64,000 bases of DNA from the NCBI RefSeq assembly GCF_004010195.1, contig NC_057748.1, positions 1,048,246 to 1,112,245 of the forward strand. Reading direction: 5' to 3'. The notes beneath the pieces were generated by a model. The model had not been told where the DNA came from. It did no database searches and saw nothing but the letters and a program-made list of their open reading frames with translations. This DNA is from Chiloscyllium plagiosum. Its lineage: Eukaryota. Shown one piece after another: positions 27,004-39,826 of the stretch. Within the stretch, counting starts at the first letter, position 1; each line of letters opens with the position of its first letter. A program made the translations under genes and the position numbers.

Positions 27004-27419
27004 GTAAGGAGGAAGAGAGCTGTCAATGTCCTCCTCAAGCTGGATGGACTGTTTAAATTGCTGTTGTGAAACACTTGGATCAATACTCTCCTTACTTAAT
27101 CAACAACTATTTCTTGCCCTCGGCCATCTGAACATTAAAGAGAGTTTCCTAATTGAAATGTCAGCCGATCTCAGCCTGACCTTTGGATTGTGGAGGGGAA
27201 GCAAAATCTGCCTGAATTTCACTGTCCACTGATGGGATTTGTTGATGTCAGGTGGGGGTCAAAATTTGAAGTACATCCAGATGAACAGAAGGACATGCCA
27301 GACAACAAGGGTTAACAAATTTAGGTGAAAGTGAGGATTGCAGATGCTGGAGATTAGACTCGAGAGTGTGGTGCTGGAAATTTAGGGACAGAGGAAACAG
27401 ACCATAAAAGAGCATTTAA

Positions 27420-28300
27420 TGTTTTCAAGGAATGTAAATATACAGATTGATACAAACAGGCTGTTCAGATGGGCTGAATGGTGGCAAATAGAATTTAATC
27501 CTGAGGTGATGCATTTGGAAGGACTACAAGGCAAGAGAGTACACATTGAATGATAGGACCGTGGGAAGTCTAAAGAAGTTTAGGTTCTTTGGTGTGCATG
27601 TCCATAGATCCCTGAAGACAGAGGACAGGTATATAAAGTGGTTAATAGGCCTTATGGGATTCATGCCTTTATTGATCAAGGCATAGAATAGAAAAGTGGT
27701 TAGTGGAGGTGGGGGGGCAGGAGAGGTGGTTATGGCAGAGTTGTGTAAGACATTAGGCCACAGCTGGAACACAATATACTGTTCTGGATTCCACACTATA
27801 GGAAGAATGTGATTGCACTAGAGAGGGTGCAGAAGAAATTCACCAGAATGTTGTCTGGAATGGAGCATTTCAGAGATGAAGAGAGTCTACACATGCTGAG
27901 ATTGTTTTCCTCACAGCACAGAAAGCAGAGGGGAAATATGTTGGAGGTGAACAAACTTCTAAGGAGCATAGTTGGGTAGATAGGGAGAACCGTTTCCCCA
28001 GGGTAGAGAGTTTAATTCCCAAAGGGCACAGTTCTAAGGCATGGATCAAGAGGTTTAGAGGGAATTTGAAGAAAGTTTTTCACCTAGAGGGAACTGGAAC
28101 TCATTATCTGAAAGGCTGGTAGAGGCCAGAGTTCTCATAACACTGAAGACACATTTAGATGAGCGTATGAAACACCATTGCAGACAAAGTTATGGGCCAA
28201 GTGCTGGAAAATGGGATTAGAATAGATAGATGTTTAATGACCAGAATGGACATCATGGACCGAAGGACTCTTTTTTCATGCTGTAAAAATCAACTCTGAC
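27420..28300 (+). mobile_element. degraded CR1 3' fragment
   Basis: FWIPHYRKNVIALERVQKKFTRML-like segment and a CR1-type 3' end. Confidence 0.7.
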
Positions 28301-28381
28301 TCTAAGTGTTGGATTAATAGTGAAACTCTTCTCGCTTTTAGCTCCTTTCTCTTTCTCTGTTCTTAAAAGTTCTAATGCTAG

Positions 28382-29417
28382 TGTTATGAAGATGTGGGTG
28401 TACTGTACCTTTAAGAGAGTAAAAGCCAGCAGTGACAGCACCAAGTGATCTCAACAAGACACAATGCAACATGTGCTCCAGCTACTGAAGTAGCTGGTTG
28501 CCTGGAAATGACAAAACAGATTTGAATTCGACCAATCAGTTTAAATTATTCCCTGAAAAATACCAAATTCCAATCAAGTTTGAATTGAGTATATTGACAA
28601 TCTGAAAAGCTAATGACACAATCCGATGCTTTGGGGTATAAGACTGGGGAGAACTGAACAGGTGAAGGGGTGGGTGGAGAGGTACAGTGGCTCAATGGTC
28701 AGCACTGCTGCCTCACAGCACCAGAGACCTGGGTTCAATTCCCGCCTCAGGCAACTATCTGTGTGGAGTTTGCACATTCTCCCCGTGTCTGCGTGGGTTT
28801 CCTCCGGGAGCTCCGGTTTCCTCCCACAGTCCAAAGATGTGCAGATCAGGTGAATTGGCCATGCTAAATTGCCCATAGTGTCAGCTGCATTAGGCAGGGG
28901 TAAGTGTAGGGGAGTGGGTCTGGGTGGGTTGCTCTTCGGAGGGTCAGTGTGGACTTATTGGGCCAAAGGGCCTGTTCCACACTGCGGGGAATCTAACCTA
29001 ATCTAAAGAACTGCCACCAGACCAACAGCTGTAGACCTCTCTCTGAGAGGTACCTGTCTAGAGAAGGAATTTGCCCAGAGAAAAACCTCAACACTGACCT
29101 GGAGAGCCAATCCACTGACGAAGATAAAGAGAAGATTTGACCGCTAGCTGGTTTTAAATATTGAATTTTCCCCTTAATCTTAATTGAGAGTTTTATCGGA
29201 CCAGTACTATAGAAGGGAAAGTAAAGATAGGTTAGATAAAAGATGTGTAAATAGCTGTCAGTTAATTGTTCTCTGATTTACTTTAAGGAAGAAAGTTGCA
29301 AATTCTCACTTTAAATTGTTCTCGGCCTATCAAATTTTCACAGGTTACTGCACGGGATAAATCCTTTCTGTGTTGCAGGTTTAAATTAAGCAGGAGGGTT
29401 TATCCTGTGTTGTAACA
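28382..29417 (+). mobile_element. solo LTR related to the LTRs at 52807 and 57842, interrupted by a SINE
   Basis: Begins TGTTATGAAG and ends TGTAACA; both ends resemble the reverse complement of the Gmr1-like LTR ends; 4-bp duplication ctag at 28378-28381 and 29418-29421. Confidence 0.8.
28681..29005 (+). mobile_element. tRNA-derived V-SINE (HE1-like)
   Basis: A box tggctcaatgg, B box ggttcaattcc, V-domain core tgtgtggagtttgcacattctccccgtgtctgcgtgggtttcctccggg, (aatct)n-like tail. Confidence 0.85.
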
Positions 29418-29421
29418 CTAG

Positions 29422-32400
29422 GGAAATCAGGTGAGGTTTTTCTCTCTCTCTTTAGTTTCTCAGTAAGGGAGGTTAGCAGGGATGGCAGCGCAGGCAGTGC
29501 GATGTTCCTCCTGTGGGATGTTTGAGGTGAGGGACATGACTAGTGTCCCAGCAGAGTACACCTGCCAGAAGTGCACCCAACTCCAGCTCCTTGAAGACTA
29601 TGTTAGGGAATTGGAGCTTGAGCTGGATGAAGTCAGCATCATTCAGGAGGCAGAGACAGTTATAGATAAAAGCTACAGGGAGGTAGTTACTCCTAGAAAT
29701 GAAAATACTTATGTAACTGTTAGAAAGGCTAAGAAGCAGTTAGTGCAGGGATCCCCGTGGCCATTCCCCTGTGAAACAACATACCGTTTTGGATACTGTT
29801 GGGTGGGGAGTGGTACTTACCAGAGGTAAGCCATGGGGTAAGCCATGGGGTAAGCCATGGGGTACAGGTCTCTGGCACAGAGTATGTCCCTATTGCTCAG
29901 AAAGGAAGTGGGGAGAGTAGTGGAGATTAGTCATTGGGGACTCTATAGTTAGGAGGACAGATAAGAGGTTCTGTGGGAACGAGAGAGACTCACGGTTGGT
30001 GTGTTTGCTTCCAGGTGCCAGGGTTTGTGATGTCTCTGATTGTGTTTTCAGGATTCTTACAGGGTAGGCGGAGCAACCCAAGTCATGGTCTACATGGGCA
30101 CCAACGACATAGGTAGGAAAGGGGATGGGAATGTAGGACAGAAATTCAGGGAGCTAGGGTGGAAGCTGAGAGCTAGAACAAACAGAGTTGTTATCTCTGG
30201 TTTGTTGCCCATGCCATGTACTAGCGAGGCAAGGAACAGGGAGAGAGAAGAGTTGAACACATTGCTACAGGGATGGTGCAGGAGGGAGGGGTTCAGATAC
30301 CTGGATAATCACCTGAACCTGAGGGGCACCAGTATCCTTGGTGGGAGGTTTGCTAGTGCTCTTCGGGAGGGTTTAGATTAATTTAGCAGGGGGATAGGAA
30401 CCTGAATTGTAGCTGCAGTGTACAGGAGGTTGAGAGTAGTGAGATCATGAATAAAGTTTCAAGGTCGCAGGAGTATACCGGCAGACAGGAAGGCAGTTTG
30501 AAGTGTGTCTGCTTCAACGCCAGGAGCATCCAGAATAAGGTGGGTGAACTTGCAGCATGGGTTGGTGCTTGGGACTTCAATGTTGTAGCATTTCGGAGAC
30601 ATGGATAGAGCAGGGACAGGAATGGTTGTTGCAGGTTCCAGGGTTTAATATTTTCAGTAAGAACAGGGAAGGTGTGGCATTGTTAGTCAAGGACAGTATT
30701 ACAGTGGCAGAAAGGATGTTTGACGAGGACTTGTCCACTGAAGTAGTATGGGCTGAGGTTAGAAACAGGAAAGGAGAGGTCTTCCTGCTGGGAGTTTTCT
30801 TTTGGCCTCTGAAAAGTTCCATCGATGTAGAGGAAAGGATTGCAAAGATGCTTCTGGATAGGAGTGAAAGTAACAGGGTAGTTGTTATGGCGGACTTTAA
30901 CTGTCCAAATATTGACTGGAAATGCTATAGTTTGAATACTTTAGATGGGTCAGTTCCCTGACACAGTATGTGGACAGGCCAACAAGAGGTGAAGCCACAT
31001 TGGATTTGGTACTGGGGAATGAACCAGGCCAGGTGTTAGATTTGGAGGTAGGTGCGCACTTTGGTAATAGTGACCACAATTTGGTTATGTTTACTTCAGT
31101 GATAGAAAGGGTAAGGTATATACTGCAGGGCAAGAGTTATAGCTGGGGGAAAGACAATTATGATGTGATTAAGCAAGTTTTAGGAATGCATAGGATGGGG
31201 AAGGAAACTGCAGGGGGATGGACACAATTGAAATGTGGAGCTTGTTCAAGGAACAGCTACTGTGTGTCCTTGATAAGTATGTACCTCTCAGGCCGGGAGG
31301 AAATGGTCAAGTGAGGTAACCATGGTTTACTAAAGAAGTTGAATCTCTTGTCAAGAGGAAGAGGGAGACTTATGTAAAGATGAGACATGTAGGCTCAGTT
31401 AGGGCGCTTGAGAGTTACAGGTTAGTCAGGAAGGAGCTAAATAGACAGCTAAGAACCAGGAGGGAACATGAGAAGTCACTAGCAGGTAGGATCAAGGCAA
31501 ACTCTAAAGCTTTCAACAGGTATGTCAGGAATAAAAGAATGACCCAGGTAAGATTAGCGCCTGTCAAGGACAATAATGCGTCAAGGAAGTTGTGCGTGGA
31601 GTCCGAGGAGATAGGAGAGGTGCTTAATGAATATTTTTCATCAGTATTCACATTGGAGAAAGACAATGTTGTCAAGGACAGTACTGAGATACAGGCTAGT
31701 AGACGAGATGGGATTGGGGTTCACAAGGAGGAGGTGTTAACAATTCTGGAAAGTGTGAAGTAGCTAAATCCCTGGGCAGGATGAGATTTATCCGAGGATT
31801 CTCTGGGAAACCAGGGAGGAGATTGCAGAGCCTTTGGCTTTGATCTTTATGTCATCATTGTTGACAGGAATAGTGTCAGAAGAATGGAGGAAAGTAAATG
31901 TTGTTGCCTTGTTTAAGAAGGGGAGTAGAGATAGCCCTGGTAATAATAGACCAGTGAGCCTTACTTTGGTTGTGGGTAAAGTGTTAGAAAGGATTATAAT
32001 CATTTAGAAAGGAATAATTTGATTAGGGATAGTCAGCATGGTTTGTAAAGGTCATGCCTCACCAACTTTTATTGAGTTCTTTGAGAAGGTGACCAAACAG
32101 GCGGATAAGGGTAAAGCAGTTGATGTGGTGTATATGGATTTCAATCAAGCATTAGATAAGGTTCCCCATGGTAGGCTATTGTGCAAAATATGGAGGCATG
32201 GGATTGAGGGTGACTTAGCAGTTTGGATCAGAAATTGGCTAGCTGAAAGAAGACAGAGGGTGGTTGTTGATGGGACATGTTGATCCTGGAGTTCAGTTGC
32301 TGGTGGTACATAGAACGTAGAACAGTACAGCACAGAACAGGTCTTTTGGCCCACGATGTTGTGCGAGATTTAATCCTAATGTAAAATATAGTAACAACCT

Positions 32401-33847
32401 ACGCACCCCTCAACTCGCTGCTATCCATGTGCATGTTCAGCAGTCGTTTGAATGTCCCCAGTGACTCTGCTTCCATCTCCACCGCTGGTAACGCATTCCA
32501 TGCATTAACAACTCTCTGTGTAAAGAACCTACCTCTGACGTCTCCTTTATACCTTCTTCCTAATATCTTCAAACTATGACTTCTCATACCAGTCAATCCT
32601 GCCCTGGGGAAAAGTCTCTGGCTATTGACTCTATCTATTCCTCTCATTATTTTGTACACCTCGATCAGGTCTCCTCTCTTCCTCCTTCTCTCCAGAGAGA
32701 AAAGTCCGAGCTTATTCAACCTTTCTTCATAAGGCAAGCCCTCCAGTCCAGGCAGCATCCTGGTAAACCTTCTTTACACCCTCTCCAAAGCCTCTGTATC
32801 TTTCCTATAGTAGGGCGACCTGAACTGGACACCGTATTCCAAGTGTGGCCTCACCAGGGACTTGTAGAGCTGTACCACAAGAATCTGTTTTGGGGCCATT
32901 GCTCTGTCATTTTTATAAATGACCTGGATGCGGTCGTAGAAGGATGGGTTAGTAAATTTGTGAATGACACTAAGGTCGGTAGAGATGTGGACAATGCGGA
33001 AGGATGTTGCAGGTTACAGAGGGACATAGATAAGCTGCAGAGCTAGGCTGAGAGGTGGCAAATGGAATTAAATGTGGAAAAATATGAGGTGATTCACTTT
33101 GGAAGGAGTAACAGGAATACAGAGTACTGGGTTAATGGTAAGATTCTTGGTAGTGTGGATGAGCAGAGAGATCTCGGTGTCCATGTGCATAGATATCTGA
33201 AAGTTGCCACCCAGGTTGATAGGGTTGTTAAGAAGATGTGCAATGTGTTAGATTTTATTGGGAGAGGGTTTGAGTTTTGGAGCCATGAGGTCATGTTGCA
33301 GATGGACAAAACTCTGGTGCAGCCGCACTTAAAGTATTGCTTACAGTTCTGGTCACCACATTATAGGAAGGATGTGGAAGCTTTGGAAAGGATGCAGAGG
33401 AGATTTACCAGGATGTCGCCTGGTATGGAGGGAAGGTCTTATGAGGAAAGGCTGAGGGACTCGAGGCTGTTTTCATTGGAGAGAAGAAGGTTGAGACGTG
33501 ACTTAGTAGAGACATACAAGATGATCAGAGGATTAGATAGGATGGACAGTGAGAGCCTTTTTCCTTAGATGGTGATGGCTAGCATGAGGAGGTATAGCTT
33601 TAAATTGAGGAGTGATTGGTATAGGACAGATGTCAGAGGTAGGTTCTTTACTCAGAGAGTAGTAAGGTGGTGGAATGCCCAGCCTGCAACAGTAGTGGAC
33701 TCGCCAACATTAAGGGCATTTAAATGGTCATTGATTAAACATATGGATGATAATGGAATAGTATAGGTTAAATGAGCTTTAGAATGGTTTCACAGGCCAG
33801 CGCAACATTGAGGGTTGAAGAGCCTGTACTGCCCTGTAATGTTCTAT
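29422..33847 (+). mobile_element. near full-length, decayed CR1 LINE (ORF1 zinc finger/zipper/esterase; ORF2 APE and RT)
   Basis: ORF1 CSSC...CQKC, ELELELDE and a GDS/GTND esterase motif; ORF2 ISETW, MADFN, SDHNLV, YMDF..ALDKVPH, LFSLERRRL; (gttctat)n tail; many frameshifts. Confidence 0.92.
32308..32870 (-). mobile_element. second CR1 3' fragment nested antisense in the full-length CR1
   Basis: ORF 32399-32758 (LFSLERRRKRGDLIEVYKIMRG) on the - strand; its tail (atagaacgtagaac) interrupts the host RT. Confidence 0.88.
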
Positions 33848-34641
33848 GTTCTAATGCTGAGGCTTATTTCCAGAACAGCTGTGTTTGAGCCTGGAAAACA
33901 TGAAGGGAAAATAAAAGGTGTGTTTTTTCTCAGCACTATGTGTTTTTGGTAACAGATACCAGACTTGCTGTATGTAAAATAAAGTTTCAGCAGTACTGTC
34001 TCAATAAAGACGGTTTCTATAATTAAACTAAGGTCCTGCATTTCTTCCAGGAGTGAAACCTAATATGTCAGGAGGACAGGAAATCAGGTCGGATTGGTCT
34101 GCACTGGCCTGTCAACAAACAGTGAACCTGAGGGCCTGGCATGTAGGAAACCTGTATCCATTGTGTACGTGACCTGATTTGGACACCCTGACTTTATATA
34201 CCACAAATAAACCAAGTTAGAACAATCTTTAGATTGTACTTAACTTCAACTGCTGCCTATCATCCTGGAACAGTGCAATACCATCTATGTGTAAAGATTA
34301 AATGGAAAACAACAGACACACCTTGATGCAAGGATTCCATCGTGGCCAGCACAGGACAATATAACTGGTGTCAGTGGAGCAGATGAGGCCAAGATTGTTG
34401 TTACTGGTGCTATTCTTGAATTGCTACTGGTAGAAGTATGTTCTGTCACTAACTCTAACTCATTGTCAGCCAGTACCTTCTCCAAAGTAAGAGGAAAGGG
34501 GAAGGATGGAAAATTAGATGACGTATGGAACATTTAGGTGTAAGCTGGAGTTCAAATTCTGAAGTGTTGAATTCAGACACAACTGTTTCATATGTTACTT
34601 CACTTTTAAATGGACTTTCAGAACAATGTGTTCATTTACAG

Positions 34642-34779
34642 GAAGTCACAAAGATGCGGAAGAAGATTGCAGTTACCGTTGGGATTATGACCCATATCAA
34701 GGAGAAGCTGGAGTATGTGGAAGCTGAGAATGTTGAGAAGAAAAACCAGCTCATGGACCTGGAGGCTGTCGTTGCCCAG
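34642..34779 (+). CDS. CCDC96: CCDC96-like exon (EVTKMRKKIAVTVGIMTHIKEKL...AVVAQ)
   Basis: Acceptor catttacag|; donor CAG|gtagca; THIKEKL motif; phase 0-0. Confidence 0.92.
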
Positions 34780-36914
34780 GTAGCACGATGGGGCTGGGCG
34801 GGGACCACAGCTGAGGTGTTAAGGGTGGATATTTCAGGGTGGGGGCTGTGGGCAAGTGTCGCACTGTGGCGTGGGGGCATTGGGGAGCAATGAAAAGCAG
34901 GTACTGGGATGAGGGAATCAATGCCAAGGAGTGGGCTGGCCAAGAGTCTTCATTGGTCTACTCCTGCTCTTGAGTCCTAGGTTCCAGTATGGAATGAGCA
35001 GTATAGAATGGAGTGATAGAACACAGCAAAAACATGAGGTTGTCATGCAGTACGTATGGGGATTGTTTTTGTTATAAACTGGGGGTGAGGTGGACAATGG
35101 ATCATGCACCACTGAGCACTGAATACTGTGTGTAGACAGAACCTTATACCTGAGCTCTTTGATACAAGGATATGCCATTAACATATATACCTCATGTCAA
35201 AGCAAGAACAGAACTGAAACAATTGCCCAGAGCAGAATGGGAGAGAACATTCAGCATCCAAAATGTATACCCAGTGTGCAACATTAGCAGAGACCCACAT
35301 GGAAAGATTGAGAATTGCAGCTTTACTTTTTGACGTGTCTGAATAGTTTGCTCAAGAGGAAGAGTGCTAGAAATAAAAACAGAAAATACTGAAAAAACTC
35401 AGCAAGTCTGACAGCATCTGAGGAAAGAGGGAAATAGAGTAACATTTCAAATTGATGAGTTTTCACCAGAAAATTTGATGAAGAGCAATTGACCTGACAC
35501 ATTTACTCAAGTTTCTGTTCAAGAATGCTGCCTGACCTGCTGAATTTCTCCAGCACTTTCAGTGTTTATTTTAGAGTTTCAGCATCTACAGTATTTTGCA
35601 CATGTTTTAGAGGGAGGGTGCTTGTGCTATGAATGGATCACTTCCCATTACTTCCCAGTGTCAGCATCAAGCACTCCCTGGATAGCTACAACTGGTGAGA
35701 CGGAGAGTGGAATTCCATCATTCTGCTCCAACAATATTCCTCCTTCTCAACTTCAGGAGAGGCTGACATGTTACTTCACTTAGTATGTCACCAACCATTG
35801 TTGTGGTTTCTCCGAATCAGCTGGAGTTGTTAGCAATATTAACAGGAAAACATTATTAGATTGTCAAAAATAAACCCTGTTAGAAATTTCTCAGAGAATG
35901 TGGCACTCATGCCCACAGAATGGCTTGATGTGAACAGCAAATGTATATTTAAGTTGTATAAACATGAGGGATAAACACACAATGGACAAAGCAATGGAAG
36001 GAGATGCTGATAGATGATGTGAATACATGGAAGGAACCTCATGTGATCACAGAGTGATTGGGCTAAATGCCCTTTCTGTTTGTAAACTTTGTCTAATTAT
36101 CTGTGCCACTGAATGCGAGTGGAGCTTATATTCTTACCCCTATTTGTTAGTCTATTTGTCTATAAAAAAAAAATCACAAAATCTTTTCGATGGACTTCAG
36201 TGAAATTTAATACACAGATCAGGAAACATGGCCCAAGGAAGAACTGATTACTTTTTGCAAAGATGCACACCTGGATTCACTTAAAAATAAATTGAATTTG
36301 AAGATTGCAAATTGAGACTTTTTAAAAGAAAATTAAAGATGTCTTAGTGAAACTTGTTACAGTTGTCAAAATATGAACAGAGTTTTAAGAGCACATAGTT
36401 GTATTTAGATTGACCTGAAACCTCCCCAGTAAGATAGATGCACTTATTAAAATGATTTCTTGTTTCAGATTTGAGAGCATCGACCAGGGAAGGGCTCAAG
36501 CTACAGCTGCCCAGTTGTCACTTGGAAATATGATTGTTTTTCAGGAAGTTTTAATAATCCTTTTATCTTCTCTATGTTAATATCTGTGGTAGAATCAAAG
36601 CCTATGCTAAGTGATACTGAAATCAGCCCAGTCATATTTCAGTTTTAATGAGAAGGAAAGGGTCTGCATTTCTACAGCATCTTCCATGAGTACTGGATAC
36701 TCAAGAGCACTTTGCAGCCAGTACAGTACTTTTGAAAGATAATTGTTTGAAACATTGGAAACACTGCTTCATTATGAACAGGTTTGAGCAAAGATCAGAC
36801 CTAGTCATTTTGGATAGCAACTGTATTTTTTTTCCAACATTATCCATTGATGTTTGATTTTGTGGTGTGGCTTTGCCTGCTATGACTCTGTAACTCTATT
36901 TGTGTTTGTTGTAG

Positions 36915-37169
36915 AAACGGGAAATTCTGACCAAAACCAAACAAGCACGGGACAGAGTCCGTGCAGCCAATTTCAAACTGAAGGAGAAGTGTGGCCTCCT
37001 GTGTAACAAAGTGCTCCTTCGTGACTATGAGGATAATGTAGACACCAGCGACAGACTGCGGCAAAAGCTGGAGGTGCTGAAACGGCAGCACGCTGATCTG
37101 ACACTCGACTCCTACGGTATCAAGAAGAAAATTGAATGGGTGAAGATGGGACAGTTACAGACTCAGTAA
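36915..37169 (+). CDS. CCDC96: CCDC96-like terminal exon (KREILTKTKQARD...KCGLL...LLRDYE...LQTQ*)
   Basis: Acceptor tttgttgtag|; KRxILTKTKQARD, KCGLL, LLRD and LKRxHA match the CCDC96 C-terminus; TAA at 37167-37169; ATTAAA at 37216-37221. Confidence 0.93.
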   Translation, partial: KREILTKTKQARDRVRAANFKLKEKCGLLCNKVLLRDYEDNVDTSDRLRQKLEVLKRQHADLTLDSYGIKKKIEWVKMGQLQTQ

Positions 37170-37299
37170 CAGCCCCTAGAGGGGAGCTTTTCCGTTTTAT
37201 TCTGTTATGATAAATATTAAATCAACTGGCATCTACACATGGGTGTTTCCTTTTGTTGAAGTAAGAAACAGAGACAATGGGGCAGCTTCTAATGATGTT

Positions 37300-37495
37300 C
37301 ATGATTTGGAGATGCCAGTATTGGACTGGGCTGTACAAAGTTAACATCACACAACACCAGGTTATGGTCCAACAAGTTTAATTGGAAGCACCAGCTTTCA
37401 GAACACTGCAACCACCTGATGAAGGAGCAGTGCTCCAAAGCTAGTGCTTCTAATTAAACCTGTTGGACTATAACCTAGTATTGTGTGATTTTTCA
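37300..37495. mobile_element. palindromic Penelope-derived mini-element with a degenerate hammerhead core
   Basis: Inverted arms (atcacacaacaccaggttat...) around cac-CTGATGA-AGGAGC-AGT-GCTCC-aaa-GCTA-gtg at 37413-37446. Confidence 0.75.
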
Positions 37496-37682
37496 CACTA
37501 TAATGTTGCAAGCCATGAGCACAGATCCAAGAGATCAGCTTCTAAACACTCTCAATGTTCTAGATTTGTAGACAGAGAAACAAACACCACCATCTTATTC
37601 AATCTGCAGTTTTCTAACCTGATTATTACCAATTCAAGCCCAGCATAAAATGTAAAGTTCATTCTTAAACTTCAGTAGATGT

Positions 37683-37769
37683 TAAAAATCACACAAGACC
37701 AGGTTTTTATCCACCAGGTTTAGTTGGAAGCACTATCTTTTGGAGTGCTGCTCCCTCATCAGGTGGTTC
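37683..37769 (-). mobile_element. single-arm copy of the same Penelope-derived mini-element
   Basis: 13-bp duplication cttcagtagatgt at 37670-37682 and 37770-37782. Confidence 0.8.
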
Positions 37770-38203
37770 CTTCAGTAGATGTGAATGTAATTGTCTTGAC
37801 AGAGTGCTCCTTCCTATTTAGTTATAGTCACCGAATCAACTCATTGAGAAATTATATTCTATCTCTCTCATCTTGCAGGAGAATCTAAATTGACAGTTTT
37901 ACAGAATGAATACAGATGATGATGATGATGATGATGCAAAGATGAATGTTTTGCAGGAGCTAGGAGTAACTGTTTAAGCTCACAACCAAATGTCACATAA
38001 GCAACATAAACGCACTTAAACTGTACAAACATTGTCTAAAAACTGACACTGACTTTTATGTTTATGCTAATGGAATTGAACAATAATGTGAAGTACTGTG
38101 CACAGCGACGTTAGTAGTAATCCAGCTTCATCTGCTTCACTGTAGTTGCTGTTTCAGCTGAAGTGTGGGCCAGTTACTAAGGCCTGTTTAGCATTACCCA
38201 GTA

Positions 38204-38280
38204 TCAAACGATACCATACTGAGCCAGTTCATGCAGCTCCAAGTGGCTGAATGCCTCCCAAGGACAGATCACAGTGATAT
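38204..38280 (-). CDS. PDE6H: PDE6 gamma subunit, last coding exon ([25 protein letters not shown])
   Basis: Minus-strand acceptor tttttacag|ATATC; matches the PDE6 gamma C-terminal inhibitory segment; TGA at 38206-38204. Confidence 0.95.
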
Positions 38281-38347
38281 CTGTAAAAATTAGAGGTACT
38301 ATTAAACACTCTTTTCTCTATCCATTTCTCCGTGCTGATTTTCAAAA

Positions 38348-38576
38348 GTGAGGACTGCAGATGCTAGAGATCAGAGTCAAGAGTGTGGTGCTGGAAAAGC
38401 ACAGCAGGTCAGGCAGCAGCCGAGGAGCAGGAGAATCGATGTTTTGAGCATAAGCCCTTCATCAGGAATTACTGAGGCCTCATTCCTGATGAAGAGCTTA
38501 TGCTCAAAACATCGATTCTCCTGCTCCTCGGCTGCTGCCTGACCTGCTGTGCTTTTCCAGCACCACACTCTTGACT
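38348..38576. mobile_element. palindromic Penelope-derived mini-element in a PDE6H intron
   Basis: About 98-bp near-perfect inverted arms (38371-38469 and 38482-38580), each with a CTGATGA...AAAAC decayed hammerhead; duplication ctgattttcaaaa at 38335-38347 and 38577-38589. Confidence 0.85.
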
Positions 38577-38752
38577 CTGATTTTCAAAACCACCAACTCT
38601 GAGCCACAGAGCTCTCTACTGCCCTGTCTCAGGGGTCATTTAACATGTTTGTGTGTAAGTTCAGCACTCATCTGACCTACAGAGTGAGTGTGAGATCAGA
38701 TTAAAATTCAGTGCTTTTGAGGGAGGGGTTGAGAATGATTTCTGTAACATAC

Positions 38753-38793
38753 CTGTGCCAAGCCCCTCCATTCCAGGAATATCATCTCCAAAC
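38753..38793 (-). CDS. PDE6H: PDE6 gamma subunit, 41-nt middle exon (GFGDDIPGMEGLGT)
   Basis: ctcctgcag|GTTTGGAGATGATATTCCTGGAATGGAGGGGCTTGGCACAG|gtatgt; invariant PDE6 gamma motif. Confidence 0.96.
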
Positions 38794-39349
38794 CTGCAGG
38801 AGAATGACAATCAGAGGCTGAAACCCCACTTAGCACAAAGCTGCTGAAAACAACATCGCATTGCAAAACTATCACATGCATTATTTTCATAAATTATAAA
38901 GACTGAGCTCATTCTACAAGTTATTTGTGTGATGTAACTTTATCAGGTGGGGTCCCTCCTCTGGTGAAGTAACAGGCAGAACAATGTCATGCAGGCACTT
39001 TAAATATTTGTCCATCGATATTGCAATCTTTTCTAGGTTAATGGCTGTATCAGTGTTTGGTGTTTAAATTAATACAGTTAGATTGTTCTTTTGATGCTAG
39101 AAATTGGAATCCTGCACTGTCCCAGTTTACAGAAAACAATCAGTTGCACTGTGTTGTTTCTAACACTGGCCCAACTCCTTGTGATGTGGTTTTACTGCTG
39201 GTGTTAACCCCGTTTATCTCTCTCCTAGCCTTAAAGTGAGCTAACAGAAAAATTCAGTGATACACCACAGTGACAATATGTAACAAACAGTTAATAACAC
39301 TGTTAATAGCTCTGTTACTAGGCAGACACAACCCTGACTTCTGAATGGA

Positions 39350-39826
39350 ACAGAACACGTTCCTGTCCCATTCTGGGGAAGTTGAATGGTATTAATGCCA
39401 GATTGTTAATCCAGAGACCCAGGTAAGGTTCTGGGGACCTGGGTTTGGAACAAGAACACGTTCCTGTTCCATTCTGGGGGAGTTGAGTGGTATTAATGCC
39501 GGACTGTTAATCTAGAGACCCAGGTAAGGTTCTGGGGACCTGGGTTTGAATCCCAACCATCTTAGTTGGTGGAATTTGAATTCAATAATTTTTTAAAAAA
39601 TCTGGGATTAAGAGTCTAATGATGATCATAAATCAATTGTCAATTGTTAGAAAAATCCATCTGGTTTAGTAATGTACTTCAAGGAAGGAAATTGCCATCC
39701 TTCGTTGGTCTGGGCTACATGTGACTCCAGACCCACAGCAATGTGGTTGACTCTTAACCACCCTCTGGGCAATAAATGTTGGCCTACACCAGTGACACCC
39801 TCATCCTGTGAATGAATAAAAAAAAC
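39350..39826 (+). mobile_element. SINE (Deu/SacSINE1-like) with a tandemly duplicated 5' part
   Basis: Two copies of about 100 bp (gaacacgttcctg...ggggacctgggtttg); body gactccagacccacagcaatgtggttgactc; A-rich tail. A related - strand copy lies at about 43700-44360. Confidence 0.6.

Noticed and set aside
28681-28760. tRNA-like A and B boxes as a tRNA gene
   Set aside because: They form the head of a V-SINE; there is no complete cloverleaf.
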